Assembly: GCF_036971445.1 (NCBI RefSeq)
Contig: NC_091473.1
Location: 183,768,001 to 183,832,000, forward strand
Source of the DNA: Narcine bancroftii
Lineage: Eukaryota
Direction of reading: 5' to 3'
Length of the DNA: 64,000 bases
Part shown: piece after piece, positions 47,485-58,200 of the stretch
Numbering within the stretch: the stretch's first letter is position 1
Layout: each line of letters opens with the position of its first letter
Notes under the pieces: generated by a model
Databases searched by the model: none
What the model was told of the DNA's origin: nothing
Seen by the model: only the letters and a program-made list of their open reading frames with translations
Made by a program: the position numbers and the translations under genes

Positions 47485-50400
47485 GTCCGAGTCCAGACCC
47501 GCAGTAAAACTTTTAAAAAGCCTTCTGTTGTGTTGCAGCAGGAGTTGCAGTTACCTTGTTCTGCCACTACGTCAGAGAGACCAGGGCTGAGCTTTTCTGA
47601 TCTACAGTGTATGCAACTAAATGATATCGTTCAAGCTGTTATAAAACCTTTGACATTTCAAATGAATGAAAAAGCTCAAATGAATGCTGGTATAAGTTCA
47701 GAATTAAATATGGTTAAGACATGTGGATGCATCTTATGAAGAATTTTTTAAAATTCAGACTGCTTTTTTGGACTGTAAACAACAAGTGGCTTCTAACACA
47801 GAAAAAGTGTTGAAGGTTGAAAAACCAGTCATAGAATTGGGAGAACATGAGAAGGAACTAGAGAGGAAAATAGACTACTTGGATAATCAAAGCAGAAGGA
47901 ATAATGTGAAAATTGTTGGTTTGCCAGAAGGTATAGAAGGACAAGATCCTCTTCGTTTCTTTAAAGACTGGATCCCGCAAGTATTAGGGCAAGATTTTTT
48001 TTCTGGGGGATTGATACTGGAAAGTGCCAACTGAGCTCTAAGAAGCATACCCTTAGCTGGTCAACCACCGAGACTGGTAATAATTCGATGTTTGAGTTAT
48101 TTGGATAGAGAAGCAATACTTAGACTTGCAGTACAAAATGCGAGACAACGACAAACCCCATTATTGATTCAAAATAGCAGTCTTTTTTAAATCCTGATAT
48201 GAGTCAAGAGGTCATTCAACGTCGATTTAATTCAGTTAAAGAAGTTTTGTGGCGTAACGGTTATAAGTCTATTTTTTGCTACCCTGCAGTGTTGAAGGTG
48301 TTTTATGGAGACTATAAATTTCGGTTTTTTGAAAATGATTGTGAAGCAATGATTTTTGCTGATTCATTGCCAGATATAAGAGGACAAAGACATAGTCCAC
48401 CATTATCTCCTAAAGAAAAATCTGGTTCTTCTGGAAATGGAAGAAATGGCAGAAATGGGAAAAACAGGAATAGAAAGATTCCAATTTCTTCTGAAATGGG
48501 ATCTTTGAGATTGGAATCTGTTGGATGAAAAGAAGAATTTTCTTTTCCTTACTTTAGTTTTTTGTTATTATGCTATTTTGATGTTATTGATTGTTTGGCT
48601 GGGGAGGGAGAGATTTGCTCCAAGTTCTTTACTAGTCATCAGCCACTGGTGGGTGACCCACATCCAATTTTTGCTTAGGGGATTACTACCTTTTGGTAGT
48701 TTTTTGGTGGGGGCATTTTCTTTATTTTTTTTTCATTTTAGTTAATTTTTAATTTGTGATTTTATTCTCCTATTGGAGGGCCCATATACATTAATTTGAG
48801 TTTTCATATAAAGATATTATTGGTATTTAGTAATAATAGTAGATATGTCAAAGTTGAGGTTTGCTACTTTTAATATTCGAGGATTAAATAGTACGATTAA
48901 ACGTAAGCGAGTCTTGGCGTATATTAAGAAAATGAAAATTGATATTGCTTTTTTACAAGAAACACATTTGAATGTGAAAGAAAGTATGAAATTAAAGAGG
49001 GACTGGGTTGGGCATGTACATTCTTCTTCATTTAATTCAAGGGCTAAAGGTGTAGCAATTTTGATACATAAAAATTTATCTTTTGAATTACAATCAATGG
49101 AGGAAAAGGCAGGATGTATTCTTGAATTGTAAGATTTTTAATGAATTTTGGGCTTTACTTAATATTTATGCCTCAAATGCAGATGATGAAATATTTATTT
49201 CAGATGCATTTTTATGTTTGGGTCAGGCTAATGATAATATTTTAGTTGGTGGTGATTTTAATTGTGTTTTGGAACCTTTATTAGATAAATCTCCGAAGAA
49301 AGTTAAGAAATCCAAGATGGCAATTCAGGTCCAAGAGTTGATGAAAGATCTTAATTTAGTAGATATTTGGAGACGTCTTAATCCGACAGAGAAAGATTTC
49401 TCCTTTTATTCATCTAGTCATGAATCATTTTCAAGGATTGCCTTCTTTATAGTATCGGCACATTTACAAGCGAAAATACAACAAGTGGAATATTAAAGTA
49501 GGATGATTTCAGATCATTCTTTGTTATATTTTACATATGCAACTTATGAGAAAATCCAAGGGGCCTATCGTTGGAGGTTTAATACAATGTTGTTAAAAAA
49601 TATGGAATATTGATTTTTTGAAAAAACAAATTAATTTTTTTTGAAAGAAAATTCTAATTCTGTTCAAAGTAAATTTGTATTATGGGATGCTATGAAAGCC
49701 TATTTGAGAGGACAAATAATTAGTTATACTTCTAAAATAAAAAAAGAATCGATTAAATCAGAGTTTTGAATTAGAGAAACAGATTGATGAGTTAGAAAAG
49801 GAATTTCAGAAAGATGCTACAGAAGATCAGAAAATAGAATTATCTAGGTTGAAATTGGAATATAATACTTTGCAATCTTATCAATTTGAATGTGTGATTA
49901 ATAGGACTAAACAATGGTATTATGAATGGGGAGAGAAAGCACATAAGGTACTGGTGTGGCAATTAAAGAAAGAACAGATTTCGAGTACTATTAATGCTGT
50001 TAGACGGAATTCCCTTATTACTTATAAACCTCGTGAGATTAATGATGAATTTTATTCATTTTATAAAAAGTTATATACATCTGAAGGAAAACAAGAAATT
50101 GGATCAATTGATCTTTTTTTTATCACAGTTGAATTTACCGATATTAGAGGATAGAGATATACAGGAGTTAGAAGAACTATTTACTGATTCAGAAATTAAA
50201 ATGGCTATGCTGGAAATTCTGAATGGTAAATCGCCTGGTGATGATGGATTTTCGGTTGAATTTTATAAAATTTTTTATGATGATTTATCTACAGTGTTTG
50301 GGGATGTATTACGTCAAGTTGGAGAACATTATGAATTACCTGAGACTTGTTCTAGTGCTTTAATTACAGTAATTCCTAAAAAGGATAAAGATCCTTTGAA

Positions 50401-52876
50401 AGTATCTTCATATAGACCAATTTCGTTGTTAAATGTAGATTATAAAATAATAGCTAAAATATTAGCGAATAGATTGGCTAAATTTTTACCTAAGTTGATT
50501 CATATGGATCAAACAGGTTTTAGAAAGAATAGATATGCTTCAGATAATATTTTGCACGTGATTAGTTTGATTAATACATTTGGACAATCTTCAGATAACC
50601 CAATGGTGATATCTTTAGATGCCAAAAAAGCATTTGATAGAGTTGAATGGAAATTTTTGTTTAACGTTTTGGAGAAATTCAAGTTTGGTCCTTTTTTTAT
50701 TGGTTGGATTATGGCTCTATATAGTAAACCGGTACTAGAGCCGTGTCTGCCTGTCCCGCATCAGACTTGTCAGCCACAAACGAGCCTGCAGCTGACGTGG
50801 ACATTACCCCTCCATTAATCTTTGTCCACGAAGCCAAGCCAAAAGAAAAGAGAGTATTGACGAATGGTTTCATTTTGGAACCCTTTAACTCGTCAAGGTT
50901 GTCCTTTATCACCAGCTTTGTTTGTGTTAGTGATTGAACCTTTAGCACAGTTGATAAGACAAAATACACAGATACAGGGTATGAAAGTTTTAGACAATGA
51001 GTATAAAATTAATTTATTTGCTGATGATGTATTGGTGTATTTAACAAACCCAGCTCAGTCACTTTTGCACTTGAAGGAGTGTTTAATACAATATGGATGT
51101 CTTTCTGGATATAAAGTTAATTGGGAAAAAAGTGAAATATTACCAGTAAGTGAAGGAGATTATTCAGTTTATAAGAATATTATTAATTTGAAACGGACTG
51201 ATCGAATTAAATATTTGGGTATAATTTTGAATGTTAATTATCAATCTTTGTATAAATTAAATTATGTTCCGTTAATGAAAAAAATTAAAACTGATTTGAT
51301 CAAATGGAAAGATTTACCTATTAACTTAATGGGTAGGATAAATACAATTAAGATGAATATTTTTCTGCGTATACAATATTTGTTTCAATCTATTCCATAT
51401 TTACTTGATAAATTTTGTTTTTGGGATTTGAATAAAATGGTTAGGGGGTTTTTATGGAGGGGTAAATTTTCGAGAGTAGCTTTGAATAAATTAACTTGGA
51501 AATATGAGTTAGGGGGATTACATTTAATTTCAAAATTATTATGAAGCAGCCCAACTTAAATTTATTAGTTCATTGATGGATTTGGTACGGACTCCTAGTT
51601 GGGCCAAAATTGAGATGGCAAATATTTCTGAATTTGAAATACATCAATTTTTGTTTAGATGCAATATAAATTTGTTACAACAATATAATGTGCCTATACT
51701 AAAACATTTAATTAAGTTATGGATAAAGAAAAATAAAATGACAGGCTCTAGGGGTAAATTATTGGCTTTGACTCCATTGTATAATAATCAACTTATTCCT
51801 TTTTAAATACATAATCGAAGTTTATTACATTGGAGATTTAAAGGCGTGAAAAATTTGGGAGATTGTTTTAAAGAGGGTAAAGTTTTATCTTTTAATCAGA
51901 TGAGGGAAGGTTTTGGTATTGATAAGAACTCTATTATCAAATTTGATCTTTGGTAAGATGTATGTTTGGTAGAGATATGATTTTACCTGAAATGACTAAA
52001 TTTGAGACTTTTCTTAAGAAGGTACCAAAGAAGGGTTATATTTCATATATGTATCAAATATTACAGGATGGTATGGATAAAAAGGGTTGGGATAGATCTA
52101 AAAGTAAATGGGAAGAGGATACTGGTTTTATTTTTTCCGAAGATGATTGGTTAGATATCTGTTATGATAGTGTAACTAGATTGATAAATGCACGTTATGC
52201 AATGATTAACTATAATTTTTTACATCAATTATACTTAACACCTGAAAAAATTTAAAAAGTATGGTTTTCATTAATCAAATTTGTGTTTTAGATGTGGTGA
52301 TACGGTTGGAACTTTTTTTCATGCTGTTTGTTTATGTATACACATACAATCTTTTTGGAAGAAAATTCAATCGTTTTTAGAATATCTGTATAAGATTAAA
52401 CTAGTTTTAGATCCAACAGTATTTTTATTGGGTAGTTTGCAACCTCTGAAAGGCTTGGGATTTGTTAAGTTTCAGCTTTATCCGTAGCAAAAAAATGTAT
52501 TGCTAGTACGTGGAAAGATACAAATGTGATTGATATTAATAGATGGCATAATGAGATGAAATATTGTTTAATAATGGAAAAAATCACGTATGTTTTGCGT
52601 GATAATCACAATTTTTTAATTAATGTGGTTGTTATATTCAGAATATTTACATTTCAATTTACATTGATTAGATCTTAATATGTATATTTAATTTTTCTTT
52701 AATATTTCTTCTTTTTTCTTTCTTTATGGCTCTCCTTAGGAGAGTTGGCTAAGGGGGGGGGGGGTTCTTTTCTTTTCTCTTTTTTTCTTTTTTACATATA
52801 TAAATTAATGTTTATGGTTAATTGTTGTATATGTCATATTATTTGTTTTTTGAACGAATAAATAAAGTTTTTTAAA
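47485..52876 (+). mobile_element. Near-full-length degraded L1-clade LINE (family B) with a 9-bp TSD
   Basis: ORF1 NQSRRNNVKIVGLPEG; ORF2 start at 48845 (FATFNIRGL), QETH, YRPISLLNVD, RQGCPLSP, FADD, with many stops and frameshifts; AATAAA plus A tail; TSD AAACCTGTT at 47476-47484 and 52877-52885. Confidence 0.92.
50741..50850 (+). mobile_element. Extremely 5'-truncated RTE 3' end nested in the L1 RT
   Basis: Similar to the last ~105 nt of the RTEs ending at 35590 and 40270; short AGAG duplication at the flanks. Confidence 0.8.
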
Positions 52877-54559
52877 AAACCTGTTCTCCAGTTACATGAA
52901 CTTAAGGTGTGTGGTTCTGCCCCACCTGGTGTCCCCTCCCACCCATTCCCAGCACCAGGGAGATTCCTGAAACCGGGAAGTGAAACCTGTTAGAAACGAG
53001 GTCGGGATAGGTAGAAGCAGGAACACTAGGAAGGCAAGTAACTGCTGGTGCCAAAAATCCCTCAATCATGTGGGACCTTCTACTGACTGCCTCTCAGAGA
53101 CAGGGAGGGGTGTTGGGGACCGGAGGGGTTACAAAGACAGGGAGGGGTGTATGAGACCAGAGCAGATTACAGAGACAGGGAGGGGGGTTAGGAGACAGGA
53201 GGGGGTGACAGAGACATGGTGGTGTGTTGGGGACTGGATGATGTGTAGGGGACCGGAACGGGTTACAGAGACGGGAAGACATGTAGGGAACCAGAGGGGG
53301 TTACAGAGACAGGGAGGGGTGTAGTGGACCAGAGGGGGTTACAGAGACAGGGACGGTGAGAAAAATGAAGGCGTAGAGGGATGAAGGAGTTGAGGTGTAC
53401 TGGAACAGAAACGGAGGGATGGAGGGAGATGGAAAGGAGGATGGATGGTGAGGGGGAGGAAGGGAAAGTTGGATGGAGGGGAGCGTTCGTGGAATAGAGG
53501 GAGAAAGTGGGGGCAGGGTCTCTCTGCCCAGCATCTGTGGGATTTCCTGAAACACAGACCCATGAATTGGGAGAGTTAACCTCTCCCCCTTCCCCCTCTC
53601 TCCCTCCCCTCCCCCCTCTTTGCCCCCTTCTCTCCCCTTTCCCCTTCCTTCATCCTCCCCTCTCCTTTCTGCATGCTCTCACTATCTCCCACCCTCTCCA
53701 CTCTCCCTCCCTCCCCCCCCTTCCTTCTGCCTGTTCCCATCTCTCTCTCTCTCTCCCTCTCTCTCTCTCTCCCACACCTGCCTGTGTGTGGACTCACACA
53801 GCCGGTTTTACCAGCACTGACACAGGATCCAGCTCACTGCATTCCCTCCCTGTGCCTCAGGGAGAGGGACGGGACGCTCGACAGCAGTTCCCACCCTCGG
53901 GTGCTCTGCAGGTAGGTCAGGGCTCATTGGCTCTGCAGTGGTCTGTGACCCCCCCCCCCCCACCCTCTCTGCTATAGCTATTTCCCCCGCCCCCCCCCCC
54001 CCGAATGTGGAATCTATGAGGCACCCATACCCATATATTCCTCACCTGCCCTCATCCTACCTAAATGAACTCCCTCCCGTGGATCTCCTTCCACCCCCCT
54101 CCTAACAGCAGGAAATTCACTTGCCTTTTCTCTGGGACTGTGTGACGGGACGGTGCGGAGGGAGCTTCACTGTGTCTGACCCCGGGAGTATGTGATGGGA
54201 CGGTGCGGAGGGATGTTTCCCTGGACTGGTGAATTTTTTTGTCTGATAACTTCACACTATCAGTCTCCCTGTTGATCTGCATTCTGGATTTCAGAAATAT
54301 CATTAGTAAAACTGTCGCATTTGATTGTGTTGCCCTGAACTATCTCACCTTCTGCCACTGACCTTGTTAGAGTGAGTGGAGATTGTATTGTTTCTTGGAA
54401 TGAGCTGTCTGTTAGTGGGGGGGGGGGGGGGGGGGGGGGAGTTTTTAATCAGCTGGCACAATCACTGAGCCAGGAGTAAAGATAACTATTCTCAGCCCAT
54501 GACAATGCTCTTTCAACACATTTAGACAAATTAATCGCAGTGAGTTATTAGCAAATATA

Positions 54560-55240
54560 CCCACACTGATCCCACTGCCCCGCTCTCTCCTCACAGCCCT
54601 GTATCAGTACCCACACTGATCCTTGCCCCACTCTCTCCCCACACTGATCCTTGCCCCACTCTCTCCCCACACTGATCCCACTGCCCCACTCTCTCCCCAC
54701 AGCCCTGTATCAGTCCCCACACTGATCCCACTTCCCTACTCTCTCCTCACAGCCCTGTGTCAGTCCCCACACTGATCACACTCCCCTACTCTATCCCCAC
54801 AACCCTGTATCCGTCCCCACACTGATCCCACTGCCCTGCTCTCTCCCCACAGCCCTGTATCCGTCCCCACACTGATCCCACTGCCCCACTCTCTTCCCAC
54901 ACTGATCCGACTCCCCTACTCTATCCCCACAGCCCTGTATCTGTCCCCACACTGATCCGACTGCCCCACTCTCTCCCCACACTGATCCCACTCTCTTCCC
55001 ACACTGATCCCACTGCCCCACTCTCTCCTCACAGCCCTGTGTCAGTTCCCACACTGATCCCACTGCCCCACTCTCTCCTCACAGCCCTGTGTCAGTCCCC
55101 ACACTGATCCCACTCCCCTACTCTGTCCCCACAGCCCTGTATCAATGCCCACACTGATCCGACTGCCCCACTCTCTCCCCACACTGATCCCACTGCCCCT
55201 CTCTCTCCCCACAATGATCCCACTGCCCCACCATCTCCCC
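54560..55240. repeat. CCCACACTGATCCCACTGCCCCACTCTCTC-type minisatellite
   Basis: Direct inspection. Confidence 0.85.
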
Positions 55241-55270
55241 ATTGTCCACTCCTCTGTTCCAGGGAGGAAT

Positions 55271-58200
55271 ATGCCAGAATTTCAACTCAAATCCAAGCCG
55301 TTCCAGTTCCGGGAGCACCACGGTGAATCACGGGCAGAGTTAAATGTGGATGAATTTGCATGATAAATAAGAAGCAGTGAGATAGGGGAGTTGGGCCTTT
55401 GGAAAGTGGATTGGGGAAATCCAAATAGTCGAGTTTTGTTTTGCATATAACATGCATCTGAGTTTTCTGGAAGCTTCCTCTTTTGTGTAGAGTCTGTGAG
55501 TTTGGAGTTTAATCGACGTGTACCAGACGCTGATACACTGCCCGTGGGTCGTGTTGCTGGACAGGGGGGAGGTTTATGAGAGACGGTGAGAACAACCTCC
55601 ACTACACAGGTTCCCTCTGCTCCAGGACGGAGTGTCCCCAGGATGGAGCTCAGTGGGAGGGAAGGGCCGGTGAGGAGGGAATGAGGGAGGGGGTGGCAAG
55701 GAGAGATGGGGCTGTAAGGAGGGAGGGGGCGGTGAGAGACGGTCGATGTGGAGGGAGGGGACGGCGAGGATTGAGGGTGGTGTGAGGAGGGACGGGGGGC
55801 ACCGAGGAGGGGTCCCAGATTTCGGCTGTGTCCTGATTGGCTCCTCGCCACCGCCCCCAGATTGAGGTGCACCCCCCTTCAGCTCCCGGTTGGAGGTCAG
55901 AGGCTGGGAGGGGATGATCAACAGGGCGATGGGACCTGGAGGTTGTCCTGGACCCAGTGAGGGGAGGGTCACTGTTCCAACCTCCCCACCTCACCGGGGG
56001 TCAAGTCCCGGTGACAGCAGACAGGACTCGGTGACTGAGAATGGCGTGAAGGCCAGTCTGACGGTTGGATCCCCGAGGGTGTCCCGAGCTGAGGTGGGTC
56101 TGGTCATGGTAGGAAGAGAGGGGAGGGGGCGGGGGGGGAGAGGTAAGGGTGGTGGAGAGAGGAGAAGGGGGCAGGGGGAGAGAGGGGGAGGGTGAGGGGG
56201 GAGAGTGGAAGGGTGGGGGAGAGAGGGGAGGGGGCAGGGGGAGTTGAGGGAGGGGAGAGGAAGAGTAGGGGAGGGGGCAGGGAGGGGAGGGGCAGAGAAG
56301 GAAGGGGAGTGGGCTGGTGGGGAACAGATGAAGGGAAAGGGGTGACTGATCTCACTTCTGCCCTGTTACAAAAGGTCCGGGCCGTCTTCGCAACACCCCC
56401 CAGCCGTCTAGACACTCAGGGGTACCAGACGGCACCCAGGACAACGGAGACGAGTGAAGCCATAGAGGTGAATGATCAGAGAGGCTGTTCAACCCCCTCC
56501 CTCACCCCCCTTCTTCCCCCTCCATCACATCTTCTTCCCCCTCCATCACCTCTCCTGCCCCCACAGTCTCTGTCCCTCTCCCTCCCAAACGTCCCTCTTT
56601 GAGAACATGGATCACTACAGGCACAGAACAGCCCTTCGGCCCTCGATGCTGTGCTGGCATCTATACACCTACCAAAAAAGACAAAACCCTCCCGACCCTG
56701 TAACCCTCCATGTTCCTTTCCTCCATGTGTCTAAGAATCTCTTAAATGCCCCTAATGTTTCAGTCTCTACCCCATCCCTAGCAAGGCATCCAGACCCCCA
56801 CAAGTCTCTGTATATAAAAAAAATCTACCCCTGACGTCTCCCCTAAACTTCCCTCACTTCACTTTTGTATAGACGTCCTCTGGTGTTTACTGATCCTGCC
56901 CTGGGAATAAATGGCGGCCGTCCACCCTGTCAGAATCTTGTCGACCTCTATTCAGTCTCCTCTTGTCCTACGCTCTAGAGAGAAAAGCCCCTAGCTCGGT
57001 TAACCTCACCTCATGAGGCACATCCTCCAATCCAGGCCACATCCTGGTGAATCTCCTCCACTCCCTCTCCACAGCTTCCCCATCCCTCCTGGAATGAGGT
57101 GACCAGAACTGGACACAACGCTTCTGGTTTTATAGACCTCTCTACTCCAGAACTGAATCCCCTGACTAATGAAACTCAGCATCCCTTTGGCCTTCTTAAC
57201 TGTCCTATCAAGGCTGTGTAGTGACCTTGAGGGGTTTGGACCTTGAGGGGTTTGGGGTCCGAGCCCCCGACACCTTGAATAACGCAGAAAATTACCTCGA
57301 TTGGTAGTTCGACCCATGTAAAGGTCGCCCCCACCCCCCTCCAACAAATTGGTCCAAAGTTTAACGATTACATGAGGATCCGTGGTAATTTAATGTAGAT
57401 ATTCAGCAAGGTTTTGGCCCCTTCCAGCCCACAAGCCCCAGCTTCCCATTTCCTCCCAAATAACTGACAACTCAGGTAGAGTTATGAAGTGTAGGACGGC
57501 CCCCCCCCCCCCCACACCCCACTCCCGGGGTAAACCCAAGCAGACATGTGGAGAATGTACAAACTCCTCACAGACAACGCGGTACTTCAACCCGGGGTCG
57601 CTGGCGTTGTTTTTTTAAAAGAAATGTTGCGCTAAACCATGTCGCCAGGAACCCGAGGGGTGACATTACCATCAGGACCCGGGGTTCGAATCCTGCACCA
57701 TCTTTAAGGAGGTTGTCATCCTCCCCGTGTCTGCATGGATTTTCCCCGGGTGGGGGAGGGGCTCCAGTTTCCTCCCACCATTCGAAAAGCACCGGGGGGG
57801 GGAGAGGGAGTCGGTTAATGGGGTATAAATTGGGCAGCGCGGGTCGGAAATTTCCAGGCAGCTCGAGGATTGGGTCGGTCTGGATTTTCCAGATCCTAGG
57901 CCCAGTCGCCATGCCATAATAGATTGGCGTGAACCACTACTCTGACCTTGCCGCCCCACCACGGCTCTGATCCACACAGCCGAGGTTCCATGCATCCCAG
58001 GCCTCGTGGCTTTCTGAATGTCCACCATGGGTTACCTGGTCAATCCACAGACATGGCATCAATCTTCCTTTGTTGCTTCTTCAATAAGCTGAACGAGCGT
58101 TCTTCACACAGGAGAATGTTGAAGTTGCCCTGCTGCAGGCAGAGCTGGAGAACGAGGTGGAGAAACTGGGGAGGGAGCGTCGCAGAGCAGAGGGTGTGAG

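Noticed and set aside
54416-54439. Long poly-G run
   Set aside because: Homopolymer of unreliable length with no supporting context.
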